In this document: positions 28,471-39,207 of the stretch, piece by piece | How positions within the stretch are numbered: the first letter of the stretch is position 1 | Layout of the letters: each line of letters begins with the position of its first letter | Assembly (NCBI GenBank): GCA_037442365.1 | Contig: JBBIQK010000004.1 | Coordinates: forward strand, 12,326 to 76,325 | Origin: Armatimonadota bacterium | GTDB lineage: Bacteria; Armatimonadota; Fimbriimonadia; Fimbriimonadales; GBS-DC | DNA length: 64,000 nt | Direction: 5' to 3' | Made by a program: the position numbers and the translations under genes | Notes under the pieces: model-generated | The model's input: only the letters and a program-made list of their open reading frames with translations | Databases searched by the model: none | Told to the model about the DNA's origin: nothing

Positions 28471-30426
28471 CTAACGCAAGCCATACACGAACGCCGCCGC
28501 CAGCAGCAGCAACGCGCCCAGCATCATCACAAACGCATACGAACGCACATAGCCGCTCTGCAACGGACGGAGCCAGTTGCCCATCACCCGTGCGAGCGCG
28601 CCCACTGCATTCACCAAGAGGTCAATCAGGCTCTCCACGATCACCGACAGCACGAGCGCGAACGCGCCGCCGAGATTGACCCCAACGGCGCGCATCACGC
28701 CGTCGTAGCCCCACTGCTTGTGCGCCGCGCCCCATACGCCCGCCAGACGCGCCTCTGGCTCGGGGACCCCGCGCCGATACCGCGCCACGCCGAACAGAAT
28801 CCCCAGCACTGCCGCGCCCAGCGCAATCCCGAACACCAACCCCTTGCCCGCCGCCTCGCTGAAGAAGAGCTGCTCCTGCGTCAGGATGCTCGGCTCGGCG
28901 ACAGGCTTGAGAAACTCATGGAACGCCTTTTCGCTCGGCAGCAGCCAGCCGAACACTACCGACCCCAGCGCCAGCAAGCCCAGCACGCTCAGCACGGTTG
29001 CGTATCGCTCGCGCACAGGCTCATGAGGTTCCTTATGCGCGGGCGGCGCGAAAAAGACCAGCCACACCATGCGCGTCATATACGCCGCCGTCAGCCCCGC
29101 CGTCAGAATGCCCACGCCAAACAGCACAGGCGCAAAGGTCACCAGCTTCGCGTTGTAGACGCTGAGCAGCACCGCCTCTTTCGACCAGAAGCCCGACAGA
29201 GGCGGAATCCCTGCAATCGCCAGCCAGCCGACCAGCATGGTCGCGGCGGTGATAGGCAACGCCTTCGCCAGCCTGCCCATCGCGCGGATGTCGCCCTGAT
29301 GGTGCAGCGCAATCAACACGGAGCCTGCGCCCAGAAACAGCAGCGCCTTGAAAAACGCATGCGTCGCCACATGGAACATCCCCGCCCAGAACGCGCCGAC
29401 CCCGCATGCCAGAAACATGTAGCCCAGCTGGCTCACCGTCGAGTACGCCAGTACGCGCTTGAGGTCGGTCTGCGCGATTGCAATCGTCGCGGCGAACAAT
29501 GCGGTCAGCGCGCCCACGCCCGCCACGATGCCCATCGCCATCGGCGCCATCTCCAGCAGCGGATGCACCCGCACCAGCAGGTAGACGCCCGCCGTGACCA
29601 TCGTCGCCGCGTGTATCAGCGCGGACACGGGCGTCGGACCCGCCATCGCGTCGGGCAGCCAGAAATAGAGGGGCAGCTGCGCCGACTTGCCCGCCGCCGC
29701 CAGAAACAGCAGCAGCGCGATCGCCGTCGCCGCCAGACCCGCCTCGCGCAACACGGGCAACGCCTGCGCGTTCACCTGCGCAAACGAAAGCGTGCCAAAT
29801 AACGCAAACACCAGAAACATCGCCAGCAGGTAGCCCGCGTCACCGATACGGTTCACAATAAACGCCTTGTTCGCCGCGTCCGTGTTCGACTTCCACTCCG
29901 CGTTGCGATAGAAAAAGCCAATCAGTAGGTAGCTGCACAGCCCAACCCCCTCCCAGCCGACAAACATCACCAGAAAGTTGCCCGCCAGCACCAGCACGAG
30001 CATGAAAAAAATAAACAGGTTGAAATAGGTGAAAAAGCGCGGATAGTCCTCGTCCTCCGCCATGTAGCCCGTCGCGTAGAGATGAATCAGCCCGCCCACG
30101 CCCGTCACGATGAGCGTCATCAGGATCGAAAGCGGGTCGAGAATAAACTCTATAGGGACGCGCAGATCGCCGACCTTAATCCAGTCGGTGAGCAGGTAGG
30201 TCGTGCGCCGCGCCTCTTCGGGAAGCGCGAGCATCGCCTGAAAGAGCTGCCAGCCGAAGACGAACGCGCCCAGCACCACGCCCGTGCCCACCGCGCCGAT
30301 AAGCCATTTGCCTGCCCGTTCGCCCAGCGTGCGTACCAGCCAGCCGCCCAACAGCGCGTGAAACAGGCTACCTGCCAGCGGCAACGCAAGAACCCAGAGT
30401 ATCGTGTCGCTTCGCAATCCCTCCAT
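28471..30426 (-). CDS. nuoL: NADH-quinone oxidoreductase subunit L
   Basis: FVGWEGVGLCSYLLIGF, GKSAQLPL..WLPDAMAGPTPVSALIHAATMV, LAYSTVSQLGYM, HAFFKALLFL. Confidence 0.92.
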   Translation of the reverse strand: MEGLRSDTILWVLALPLAGSLFHALLGGWLVRTLGERAGKWLIGAVGTGVVLGAFVFGWQLFQAMLALPEEARRTTYLLTDWIKVGDLRVPIEFILDPLSILMTLIVTGVGGLIHLYATGYMAEDEDYPRFFTYFNLFIFFMLVLVLAGNFLVMFVGWEGVGLCSYLLIGFFYRNAEWKSNTDAANKAFIVNRIGDAGYLLAMFLVFALFGTLSFAQVNAQALPVLREAGLAATAIALLLFLAAAGKSAQLPLYFWLPDAMAGPTPVSALIHAATMVTAGVYLLVRVHPLLEMAPMAMGIVAGVGALTALFAATIAIAQTDLKRVLAYSTVSQLGYMFLACGVGAFWAGMFHVATHAFFKALLFLGAGSVLIALHHQGDIRAMGRLAKALPITAATMLVGWLAIAGIPPLSGFWSKEAVLLSVYNAKLVTFAPVLFGVGILTAGLTAAYMTRMVWLVFFAPPAHKEPHEPVRERYATVLSVLGLLALGSVVFGWLLPSEKAFHEFLKPVAEPSILTQEQLFFSEAAGKGLVFGIALGAAVLGILFGVARYRRGVPEPEARLAGVWGAAHKQWGYDGVMRAVGVNLGGAFALVLSVIVESLIDLLVNAVGALARVMGNWLRPLQSGYVRSYAFVMMLGALLLLAAAFVYGLR

Positions 30427-30450
30427 AGAGTCGCGCTCCTGCAGGCAGGA

Positions 30451-32175
30451 TTATACCTGTAGCAGCGCGGCGCGGTAGAGTTGCGCATACGCCCCATCGC
30501 GCTGGAGCAGCTCGGCGTGCGCGCCTTGCTCCACCAGCCTGCCGCGTTCCAACACCAGCACGCGGTCGGCGCACTGGACGGTCGTCCAGCGGTGGGCGAT
30601 TATCAGCGTTGTGCGCACGCCGCGCCCCTCTTCGATGACGCGCTGGATGATGCGCTCCGAGACGGGGTCCAGCGAGGCGGTTGCCTCGTCCAGCGCCAGA
30701 ATGCGGGGCTCACGCAGCAGGGCGCGGGCTATCGCGATGCGCTGCGCCTCGCCGCCCGACAGGCGCACGCCCCGATCACCAATCAGCGTGTCGTAGCCGT
30801 CGGGCAGTCGCTCGATGAATTCGTGCGCATGCGCCTGTTGCGCGGCGCGGACGATTTCCTCGCGCGTCGCGTTGGGCTTGCCGTAGGCGATGTTCTCGGC
30901 GACTGTGCCCACGAACAGCACGGTGTGCTGCGGCACGACGCCAATCTGTGAGCGCAGGCTCTCCAGCGTCGCTGTGCGGATGTCGCGCCCGTCCACCCGA
31001 ATCACGCCCTCCTGTGGCTGATAGAAGCGCAGCAGCAGATCAACCAGTGTACTTTTGCCCGCGCCGGAGTGCCCCACCAGCGCGACCACCTCGCCGGGCT
31101 GAATTTCGAACGAGACCTCGCGCAACGCCTGCTCGCCTGTGGGGTAGCGGAACGAGACGCGCTCGTACTGGATGTGTCCCTGTAGGGGGGGCAGGGGCTG
31201 CGCGTCTGGCGCGTCGTAGGCTTCAGGCTCCACATCGAGCGCCTCGGAGAAGATGCGCTGCGCGGCGGCGCGTACCTGCTTGCGCGTGAGCTGAATTGCG
31301 CCCACGCCCGACGCCGCCTGCGCAATCTGGTGCAGTAGGAACAAAAAACTCAGCAGCTGGGCGGTGGTCATCTGCCCGCGCGCGACCTCCTGCCCGCCGA
31401 ACCACAGCACGAGCGCGATACTCGCCGCGCCGATGAACTCCACCGTCGGGCGCAGACGCGCACGCCGACGCTCGCCCCGTAGCGAATGGCGCAGCACCTC
31501 GCGATTGCGTCCCACGAACCGCTCAATCTCGCGGTCTTCCGCTGCGAAGGTCTTGATGACCCGCACGCCCGAAAGCGCCTCCTGCACCAGCGCGGAGACG
31601 CTCGCCAACGCGCCCTGCGTCTGGTGCGTGATTCGATGCACCTGCCTGCCCAGCCGCTGAATCAGCACGGCAATCAGCGGCAGGAAAATCAGCGCCAGCA
31701 GCGCCAGCCGCCAGTTCAGCACGAAAATATACGCCAGAAACGCCACGATGCGCAGCGGCGCGTCCAGCGTATCGCGTACCAGCAGCACCGCGCTCTGCAG
31801 CACGGGCACATCGTTCGTGATGATGGACTGAATCGCGCCCACCTGCCGCGACTGGAAAAAGCCAAGCGGGAGCCGCTGCAGGTGCGCGAAAATATCCTCG
31901 CGCAGCTTCGCCGTGAGCCGCTGACCCGCCAGCGCGAGATAATACACCTGCCCGTAGGAGAAGAACCACTTCAGCGCGAACACGCCCAGCACGGTCAGCG
32001 ACACACGGTTGAGCATCGCCGAGTCGCGCATGTCCATCGAGCGGATGACCTGCTCCAGCAGGTAGGCAGTGTAGCCCGTGATAGCGGTCACACCGACCGA
32101 GCAGACAAGCGCGACGACCAGCGGCTTCCACTGCGCCGCCACATACCGCCAGAATCGCCGCTCTACCGAATCCAC
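30451..32175 (-). CDS. ABC exporter, fused permease/ATPase (MsbA-like)
   Basis: N-terminal TM domain, GHSGAGKST, LSGGEAQRIAIARA, LDEATASLD, IIAHR. Confidence 0.92.
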   Translation of the reverse strand: MDSVERRFWRYVAAQWKPLVVALVCSVGVTAITGYTAYLLEQVIRSMDMRDSAMLNRVSLTVLGVFALKWFFSYGQVYYLALAGQRLTAKLREDIFAHLQRLPLGFFQSRQVGAIQSIITNDVPVLQSAVLLVRDTLDAPLRIVAFLAYIFVLNWRLALLALIFLPLIAVLIQRLGRQVHRITHQTQGALASVSALVQEALSGVRVIKTFAAEDREIERFVGRNREVLRHSLRGERRRARLRPTVEFIGAASIALVLWFGGQEVARGQMTTAQLLSFLFLLHQIAQAASGVGAIQLTRKQVRAAAQRIFSEALDVEPEAYDAPDAQPLPPLQGHIQYERVSFRYPTGEQALREVSFEIQPGEVVALVGHSGAGKSTLVDLLLRFYQPQEGVIRVDGRDIRTATLESLRSQIGVVPQHTVLFVGTVAENIAYGKPNATREEIVRAAQQAHAHEFIERLPDGYDTLIGDRGVRLSGGEAQRIAIARALLREPRILALDEATASLDPVSERIIQRVIEEGRGVRTTLIIAHRWTTVQCADRVLVLERGRLVEQGAHAELLQRDGAYAQLYRAALLQV

Positions 32176-32226
32176 GCAGGGATTGTACCTGCTCTTAAGG
32201 GCGCATAATCAGTCTTGCGCGCCCCC

Positions 32227-32255
32227 TTGACACAGCGGGCAAAGCATGCTATAAT
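32227..32255 (+). promoter_or_regulatory. Consensus sigma70 promoter for the GH13-DUF1559 operon
   Basis: TTGACA-N17-TATAAT with an extended -10 TG. Confidence 0.85.
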
Positions 32256-32343
32256 ATAGTTCAGAATACGATTTCTCGCGTGGGGGCGCGGTCGCCGCTG
32301 CGCGAGCCGTTCTGGGGAGTACCCCCCAACGCAGGGGCGCACA

Positions 32344-34458
32344 ATGCGGATACGGCTGACGATTGCAGGAGCGTTGCTGACTCTCATGCTCGCAGGTTGG
32401 ACTGACGAGCCGACCTACCCTGTCGCCTTTCGCCTCGAACTGGACGCCCCCGCGGAAGTGGTCTATCTCGCGGGCAGTTTCAACCAGTGGCAGCCGCGTG
32501 CGATGCCTATGGCTCCCAGCGCCGACAGGCGCGTATGGACGCTCACACTGCGCCTCGCTCCAGGCGCGCACCAGTATAAGTTCGTGGTGAACGGCGCGGA
32601 CTGGCGCACCGACCCGAACGCGCCCACGATTGACGACGGCAACGGCAACCTGAACTCGGTGGTGTGGGTGGAGCCAGACGGCTACAACCGCCCCGCGCGA
32701 CTCGGCGACGGGCACATCACCCGCAGCGCGATTCGCCATGAGCCGGGCGACCTGCGCGACCGCAACCCCATCGGGGAGGTGTTGTACCTGCGTCTGCGCG
32801 TGCGCAGGGACGATGTGGCGCACATCACGCTGCACTACCGCCAGAACGGGCGCACGCGCCGTATCGCGATGACGCCGTTCGTGAGCGATGCGCTCTATAC
32901 CTACTTCCGTGTGCGCCTGCCCGAAGCCGATCTCGATTACTGGTTCGAGCTGCGCGACGGGCGCACGCGCCTGCGCCTGCCCGAAGGCAATAACATCTTC
33001 CGCCACCGCCGCGGCGAGAACCGACTCGATGTGCCCAACTGGGTGCAGGACGCCGTCTTCTACCAGATTATGCCCGACCGCTTCTACAACGCCGACCCGA
33101 CCAACGACCCCGACCCCAGCCAGCCCATCGACTTCACGGGGCGCATCGACGGCGACGGTTTTTACGGCGGCGACCTGCCGGGCATCCTGAAGCAGCTGGA
33201 CTACCTGCGCGCGCTGGGCGTGGACGCGCTGTACCTCACGCCCGTGTTCGCCTCCGTGACGCACCATAACTACGACACCGACGACTACGAGCGCGTCGAC
33301 CCCGCGCTGGGCGTGAACGAAGACCTCATCTTGCTAACGCAAACGCTCCACCAGCACAACATGCGCCTCGTGCTGGACGGCGTTTTCAATCATGTCGGCG
33401 TCTACTTTTTCGCGTTCCAGGACCTGCTGCGCCATCAGCAGGCGTCGCCTTTCCGCGACTGGTTCATCGTGGAGCGGTTCCCTGTGGCGGTGGAGTGGAA
33501 CCCCGGCTACTGGGCGTGGTGGAACATTCCCTACATGCCGAAGCTCAACCATGAGAACCCACTCGTGCGGCGGTATTTGCTGGGCGTGATTGAGCGGTGG
33601 ACGCGCACGCTTCGGCTGGACGGCTGGCGGCTGGATGTGCCTAACGAAGTGCCCGATGGGTTCTGGCGCGAGTTCCGTCCGGTGGTGCGCCGCGCGAACC
33701 CCGACGCGGTGATTATCGGCGAAATCTGGGACGACGCAGGACGCTGGCTGCAGGGCGATATGTTCGACAGCGTGATGAACTATGTCTGGCGCGGGGCGGT
33801 GCTGGGCTTCGTGGCGCACGGGAGCCTCACCCCGTCGCAGTTCGACCAGCGCATGGCGCAGCTGCAGGTGATGTACCCCCGCCAGAGCCTCTACGCGATG
33901 TATAACATGCTCAGCAGCCACGACACGCCGCGCTTCCGCCGCGAGTGCGGGGGCGACCTGAACCGTGTGCGGCTGGGCTTCCTGTTGCAGTTCACCGCCA
34001 TCGGCGCGCCCGCGATTTACTACGGCGACGAAATCGGCATGGACGGCGGCGGCACGCCCGACAACCGCCGCCCGATGCGATTCGAGCGCACGCCCGAAGA
34101 ACAGTCGCTGCTGGACTATGTGCGCGACCTGATTGCCCTGCGCAAGCGGTCGGTCGCCCTGCGCCGCGGCGAGTGGACAACCGTGCTGGTGGACGATTCG
34201 CGCAAGTTGTACGGTTTTGTACGCCATCACGCCGCCGACGCCGCGCTCGTGCTGCTAAACCTCAGCGACCAGCCCCGGCGCATCGAGCTGCCCGCTTGGA
34301 ACGGCGTCCCGCAGTGGACGCCCGCCATCAGCACGCACCCAATCAACGCAACGACTTTATCCGCCGTACAGGGGCGCATCACTGTAGAGCTGCCGCCTCT
34401 GTCGGGAACCGTGCTGGTTCCCAGCAGCAATTCATCCACAGGAGGTAAGACACCATGA
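32344..34458 (+). CDS. Secreted GH13 alpha-amylase family (neopullulanase/cyclomaltodextrinase-like) with N-terminal CBM48-like domain
   Basis: Signal peptide, [59 protein letters not shown]. Confidence 0.92.
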   Translation: MRIRLTIAGALLTLMLAGWTDEPTYPVAFRLELDAPAEVVYLAGSFNQWQPRAMPMAPSADRRVWTLTLRLAPGAHQYKFVVNGADWRTDPNAPTIDDGNGNLNSVVWVEPDGYNRPARLGDGHITRSAIRHEPGDLRDRNPIGEVLYLRLRVRRDDVAHITLHYRQNGRTRRIAMTPFVSDALYTYFRVRLPEADLDYWFELRDGRTRLRLPEGNNIFRHRRGENRLDVPNWVQDAVFYQIMPDRFYNADPTNDPDPSQPIDFTGRIDGDGFYGGDLPGILKQLDYLRALGVDALYLTPVFASVTHHNYDTDDYERVDPALGVNEDLILLTQTLHQHNMRLVLDGVFNHVGVYFFAFQDLLRHQQASPFRDWFIVERFPVAVEWNPGYWAWWNIPYMPKLNHENPLVRRYLLGVIERWTRTLRLDGWRLDVPNEVPDGFWREFRPVVRRANPDAVIIGEIWDDAGRWLQGDMFDSVMNYVWRGAVLGFVAHGSLTPSQFDQRMAQLQVMYPRQSLYAMYNMLSSHDTPRFRRECGGDLNRVRLGFLLQFTAIGAPAIYYGDEIGMDGGGTPDNRRPMRFERTPEEQSLLDYVRDLIALRKRSVALRRGEWTTVLVDDSRKLYGFVRHHAADAALVLLNLSDQPRRIELPAWNGVPQWTPAISTHPINATTLSAVQGRITVELPPLSGTVLVPSSNSSTGGKTP

Positions 34459-35267
34459 AGGCTACACAGCATCGTGGCTTCACACTGATCGAGCTACTGG
34501 TCGTTATCGCGATTATCGCCATCCTTGCGGCGATACTGTTCCCTGTGTTCGCGCAAGCGCGTGAAAAGGCGCGCCAGACGCAGTGCATCAGCAACCTGCG
34601 CCAGACGGGCACAGCCCTGTTGATGTATGCCAGCGACTATGACAACCGCGTCCCGATTTTCTGCTTCGCGGAGTATTACCAGTTCGGCGCGCGGATTCAG
34701 CCCTACATGAAGAATCGCGACATCCTGCGCTGCCCCTCGTCGCCGTTTCGTCAGGGCGCGGCGCAGGTGGTGCAGCGCGACAACGGCTTCGGCGACTACA
34801 TGCGCGCGCCAAACCACCCGCAGGTCAATCTGGGCGTCTCCACGCGCGGGCGACAGAACTACTTCGACGACATCTACCCACCGATGGACTATCTGGTGCA
34901 TAACGGGTTGGGCGGCTATGGAATCTACGACTGTGGGTATAATCCGTCGGCGGTCGACTCCGGGCGCGTGACTCGCCCCTCGCGCGCCGTCGCCCTGATT
35001 GACCTCCCGCCGAGCCGCATGCAGTGGCCCGGTCCCCAGTTCTGGAGTTCGCGTATCGGAAACAGTTTCAAGGGACGCCACAGCGAGGGTTCCGTTGTGC
35101 TGCACCTCGATGGGCACTCGAAGTGGTATCAATACCAGAAGCTGTATCCCACCGATCGCGGACAGGCGAACTACTCTGAACCCAGCTGCTCCGACCCCGA
35201 TCCGATGGCGGTCTACACATGGTACTGCTGGGGCTACGAGTGGGGTCCGCAGGAAGACAGGAACTGA
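34455..35267 (+). CDS. Prepilin-type N-terminal / DUF1559 (H-X9-DG) protein
   Basis: [37 protein letters not shown] and [18 protein letters not shown] overlap with the GH13 gene. Confidence 0.92.
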   Translation: MKATQHRGFTLIELLVVIAIIAILAAILFPVFAQAREKARQTQCISNLRQTGTALLMYASDYDNRVPIFCFAEYYQFGARIQPYMKNRDILRCPSSPFRQGAAQVVQRDNGFGDYMRAPNHPQVNLGVSTRGRQNYFDDIYPPMDYLVHNGLGGYGIYDCGYNPSAVDSGRVTRPSRAVALIDLPPSRMQWPGPQFWSSRIGNSFKGRHSEGSVVLHLDGHSKWYQYQKLYPTDRGQANYSEPSCSDPDPMAVYTWYCWGYEWGPQEDRN

Positions 35268-35295
35268 TTCGCGTCCTGAAGTCGCGTTGTGTTGA

Positions 35296-35324
35296 CGGGG
35301 CAGCCTCCCATACGGGCTGCCCCG
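35296..35324 (+). terminator. Hairpin after DUF1559 gene, probable terminator
   Basis: CGGGGCAGCC-N9-GGCTGCCCCG, with only a weak U-tract. Confidence 0.55.
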
Positions 35325-35429
35325 CGCTGTTTGCCGCGATGCTCCAACGCGCCGCGCACGGAGCGACCCCCTGCGCCGGCGACCAGAAGGTATACTATCC
35401 CCCGCAACGGAACCGACACGGAGGGAACG

Positions 35430-38090
35430 ATGCACTGGAACGCGCGCGCGCTGCGACACGCCTTTCTGAGCTACTTTCAGGAGAAGGGGCACCTGCTGCT
35501 GCCTTCCGATAGCCTCGTGCCGAAAGACCCATCGCTGCTGTTTACCAGCGCGGGCATGGTGCAGTTCAAGCCCTACTTTCTCGGCACGGCGCAGCCCCCC
35601 GCCCCGCGCGTGACCACCGTGCAAAAATGCCTGCGCACCACCGACATCGACGAGGTGGGCGACCTGTCGCACCTGACCTTTTTCGAGATGCTGGGCAACT
35701 TCAGCTTCGGCGACTACTTCAAGCGCGAGGCGATTCTATTCGCGTGGGAGTTCCTGACCGAACGGCTGAAGGTGGACGCCGACCGCCTGCAGTTCACCGT
35801 GTTTCAGGACGACGACGAGGCGTTCACGATCTGGCATCGCGAGGTGGGCATCGCCGAGAACCGCATCTGGCGGCTGGGCGAGAAGACCAACTTCTGGCCC
35901 GCGAACGCCATTAGCGACGGTCCCAACGGACCCTGCGGTCCCTGTTCCGAGATTTTCTACGACACGCGCCGCGAGACAGGCTGCACGAATCCCGCCTGCG
36001 GTCCCGCGTGCGACTGCGGGCGCTGGCTGGAAATCTGGAACCTGGTGTTTATGCAGTACGAGCGGAGCGAGGAGAACGGCAAGCCCAAACTCACGCCCCT
36101 GCCGAAGCAGAACATCGACACGGGCATGGGGCTGGAGCGCACCGCCGCCGTGCTGATGGGGCTGGAAAGCCCGTTCGAGACCGATGTGTTCGAACCGATT
36201 GTGCGCCGCATCGAGCAGATTGCGGGCGTGCGCTACAAGCAGGGCGAGCCGACTGACACCGCCATCCGCCTGATTGCCGACCACATCCGCGCGGCGACCT
36301 TCACGATTGCCGACGGCGTGATTCCCCAGAACGAGGGGCGCGGCTATGTGCTGCGGCGTCTCATTCGGCGCGCCATCCTGCGCGGGCAGCGCGTGCTGCG
36401 CATCGAGCAGCCGTTTTTCGCCGAGCTTGTGCCCGCCGTCATCGACGCGCTGGGCGACCAGTACCCAGAACTGGCGCAACGACAGGAGTATCTGACCACC
36501 ACTTTACGCTACGAGGAGGAGCGCTTCCGCCACACGGTGCAGGCGGGGCTGGCGCGGCTGGAGGAAATGCTTGCCGACGCCGGGACGCAGCAGGCGCGCA
36601 CGCTGTCGGGCGAGCGCGTGTTCATGCTGTACGACACCTACGGCTTCCCGCTGGAGCTGACTCAGGAAATCGCCGCCGAGCGGGGCGTCGCGGTCGATAT
36701 GGCGGGCTTCGAGCAGGCGATGGACGCTCAGCGCCAGCGCGCGCGCGAGGCGAGCGGCATCTCCGAGAAGCTATTCGTGCAGACGGGCGCAGCGCTGGCG
36801 GAGCTGGCGCAACATGCCCCGCCCACCCAGTTCGTCGGCTACGACGCGCTTGCCTGCGAGGCGCAGGTGGTTGGACTCGTGCGCGGGGGCGACCTCATCC
36901 CCGAAGCGCACGCGGGCGAGACCGTCGAGATTGTGCTGAACCGCACGCCGTTCTACGCCGAGTCGGGTGGGCAGGTCGGCGACACGGGCGTGCTGGAATG
37001 GCATGGCGGGCGCGCACAGGTGCTGGACACGCAAAAGGCGAACAACTACTATTTCCACCACGCGCGAATTACGGAGGGCGCGCTGCGGCTGGGCGAGACG
37101 GTGCAGGCGCAGGTAGACGCGGAACGCAGGCTCGACATTCAGCGCAACCACACCGCGACGCACTTGCTGCACGCCGCGCTACGACAGGTGCTGGGCGCAC
37201 ATGTCGCGCAGGCAGGCTCGCTGGTCGCGCCTGATCGCCTGCGCTTCGACTTCACGCACCCGCGCGCCGTGACGCCCGATGAGCTGGAGCGTATCGAGGC
37301 GCTGGTGAACGAAAAGTTGCTGCAGGAGCTGGAGGTGCGCGTCTATACCGATGTGCCCATCGACGAGGCGCGTCGACGCGGGGCGATGATGCTGTTCGGC
37401 GAAAAGTACGGCGAGCGCGTGCGCATGGTGGAGATTCCGGGCTTTTCGCTGGAGCTGTGCGGCGGCACGCACCTGCGTAGCACGATTGAGGCGGGGCTTT
37501 TTAAGATTGTGCATGAGGGGAGCGTCGCGGCGGGCGTGCGGCGCATCGAAGCGCTGACGGGGCGCGCGCTGTACCAGTGGCTGCGCGAGCGCGAGCAGGC
37601 GGTGCGCGCCGCCGCCGAACGGCTGCAGACTCCCGTGCCCGAACTGCCTCAAGCCGTCGAACGCCTGCAGCGCCAGGTGGACGCCCTTGCGACTGAACTG
37701 GAGCAACTCAAGCAACATGCGGCGAACGAGGCGGCGTCGAGCCTGACGCCTGTAGAGGTTGCAGGCGTGCCTGTGGTGGCGCAGGCGGTGTCGGGCGTGG
37801 ACGCGAAAGCGCTCGGCGCGGTCGCCGATCGGCTGATTCAGCGCGGGATCGGCGTCGCCGCGCTGGGCACGGCGCAGGACGGCAAGGTCGTGCTGGTGGT
37901 CAAGGTTGCCCCCCAGTGGGTGCAGCAGGGCGTTCACGCAGGCAACCTGATACGCCAGATTGCGCAGGCGGTCGGCGGGTCGGGCGGCGGGCGCCCCGAC
38001 TTCGCGCAGGCGGGCGGCAAGCATCCCGAAAAACTCGCCGACGCGCTGGCGCAAACGCCGCAGCTCGTGGCGGCACAGATCCAGCGGTGA
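35430..38090 (+). CDS. alaS: Alanine--tRNA ligase
   Basis: LLFTSAGMVQFK, HLTFFEMLGNFSFGDYFK, EIWNLVFMQ, DTGMGLER, HTATHLLH, ELCGGTH, GGGGRP..AQAGG. Confidence 0.98.
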   Translation: MHWNARALRHAFLSYFQEKGHLLLPSDSLVPKDPSLLFTSAGMVQFKPYFLGTAQPPAPRVTTVQKCLRTTDIDEVGDLSHLTFFEMLGNFSFGDYFKREAILFAWEFLTERLKVDADRLQFTVFQDDDEAFTIWHREVGIAENRIWRLGEKTNFWPANAISDGPNGPCGPCSEIFYDTRRETGCTNPACGPACDCGRWLEIWNLVFMQYERSEENGKPKLTPLPKQNIDTGMGLERTAAVLMGLESPFETDVFEPIVRRIEQIAGVRYKQGEPTDTAIRLIADHIRAATFTIADGVIPQNEGRGYVLRRLIRRAILRGQRVLRIEQPFFAELVPAVIDALGDQYPELAQRQEYLTTTLRYEEERFRHTVQAGLARLEEMLADAGTQQARTLSGERVFMLYDTYGFPLELTQEIAAERGVAVDMAGFEQAMDAQRQRAREASGISEKLFVQTGAALAELAQHAPPTQFVGYDALACEAQVVGLVRGGDLIPEAHAGETVEIVLNRTPFYAESGGQVGDTGVLEWHGGRAQVLDTQKANNYYFHHARITEGALRLGETVQAQVDAERRLDIQRNHTATHLLHAALRQVLGAHVAQAGSLVAPDRLRFDFTHPRAVTPDELERIEALVNEKLLQELEVRVYTDVPIDEARRRGAMMLFGEKYGERVRMVEIPGFSLELCGGTHLRSTIEAGLFKIVHEGSVAAGVRRIEALTGRALYQWLREREQAVRAAAERLQTPVPELPQAVERLQRQVDALATELEQLKQHAANEAASSLTPVEVAGVPVVAQAVSGVDAKALGAVADRLIQRGIGVAALGTAQDGKVVLVVKVAPQWVQQGVHAGNLIRQIAQAVGGSGGGRPDFAQAGGKHPEKLADALAQTPQLVAAQIQR

Positions 38091-38150
38091 ACCGCAGTGC
38101 GAAACCTCGTATAAAACCGGGCAGGAACAAAATTGTCCGTTTCGAATCTA

Positions 38151-38948
38151 ATGCGTATTATGCGACGAAGCGGTTTCACCCTGATCGAGTTGCTGGTCGT
38201 GATTGCGATCATCGCGATTCTCGCGGCGATTCTGTTCCCTGTGTTTGCGCAGGCGCGTGAGAAGGCGCGACAGACCCAGTGTACGAACAACATGAAGCAG
38301 AACGCGCTCGCCGTGTTGCAATATGTGCAGGACTACGACGAGCGGTTCCCGATGAGCATCTACCTGACCGCGCAGAACAACCAGGCATGTATTTTCACCC
38401 TGTACAACGCCATCTACCCGTATGTGAAGAACGCTGATGTGGTGACCTGTCCATCGGATCGTCAGGCGTTCGACCTTGTAGGGAGCTTCGGTTCGTTCGG
38501 CGTGCCCGTGTGCGCCATTCCCAACTTCCGCTACACGGGCTATATCTTCAACTGGTGCGTGTTTGAAGACGGGGTTGTGCCCGGACTGCTGGCGGGCAAT
38601 CCTGTGGTCTCGCTGGCGCAGATTGAGTATCCTGTGGAGACCTCGATGCTGTACGACGGCACGCTGGGACCGCCGCCCACGATTCAGTCGTATCTGCAGG
38701 CGCGTCATAACGGCCTGGCGGGCGCGAACTTTGTGGATGGGCACGCGCGCACGGTCAAAGGGCGCGTGCGCGAGGGCACAGGCAGCACGGCGACCACCTG
38801 GGACGGCAAGCAGGCGCGCGTCTTCGATGTCGGCGAGGTCGGTCCCTACCAGGGGCAATATAACCTGTGGGGCGTCGCGGCGCGACGCGCGAATGGCACG
38901 CCCTGCCGCAACTGTCCGAACCGCAACAATCCGGGCAACTGCAACTAA
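38151..38948 (+). CDS. Prepilin-type N-terminal / DUF1559 (H-X9-DG) protein
   Basis: GFTLIELL...[32 protein letters not shown]. Confidence 0.92.
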   Translation: MRIMRRSGFTLIELLVVIAIIAILAAILFPVFAQAREKARQTQCTNNMKQNALAVLQYVQDYDERFPMSIYLTAQNNQACIFTLYNAIYPYVKNADVVTCPSDRQAFDLVGSFGSFGVPVCAIPNFRYTGYIFNWCVFEDGVVPGLLAGNPVVSLAQIEYPVETSMLYDGTLGPPPTIQSYLQARHNGLAGANFVDGHARTVKGRVREGTGSTATTWDGKQARVFDVGEVGPYQGQYNLWGVAARRANGTPCRNCPNRNNPGNCN

Positions 38949-38992
38949 GCGCCATTGGCGACAATTGCAGCTGTCAGACGGAACTCCGTCTG

Positions 38993-39026
38993 TATGGAGT
39001 GCGGAAGCGGCAGGTTCAGCACTCCA
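38993..39026. repeat. REP-like palindrome (TATGGAGTGC...GCACTCCA), copy 1
   Basis: 8-bp stem TGGAGTGC/GCACTCCA. Shares TATGGAGTGCGGA and TTCAGCACTCCA with the reverse complement of 60963-61020. Confidence 0.65.
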
Positions 39027-39095
39027 GATTATGCGTCTGTGTGCATGCGCAGACAGAAGGGCTACAGAAAACTGACTGCAACTGCAACGAACTCT

Positions 39096-39123
39096 GCCCC
39101 GCCGATGGCGGGGCTTGTTTTTT
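39096..39123 (+). terminator. Intrinsic terminator upstream of glpX
   Basis: GCCCCGCC-GAT-GGCGGGGC followed by TTGTTTTTT. Confidence 0.85.
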
Positions 39124-39207
39124 CGGGGGAGGATGGCAGGAACTGGCGCATCTGTGCCGAAAATCTTCTCTGTCGACGCAGACATCACACACGAGGAGAG
39201 AATCGCT

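Noticed and set aside
32199-32226. dif-like half-site GGGCGCATAAT
   Set aside because: No XerD arm (TTATGTTAAAT-like) follows, and it lies next to a promoter.
32324-32349. ANTAR-like hexaloop CCCC-AACGCA-GGGG upstream of the GH13 start
   Set aside because: The second loop is unstable and only 15 nt away, and a competing GGGG/CCCC stem exists. Not a convincing dual hairpin.
35268-35429. Possible T-box leader before alaS (also checked before asnS, 49839-49977)
   Set aside because: No GGTGGNACCGCG T-box sequence or specifier loop was found.
39001-39020. SRP RNA-like words (GGAAG, CAGG) in the glpX upstream element
   Set aside because: The order is reversed relative to SRP helix 8, and they sit in the loop of the REP-like palindrome.
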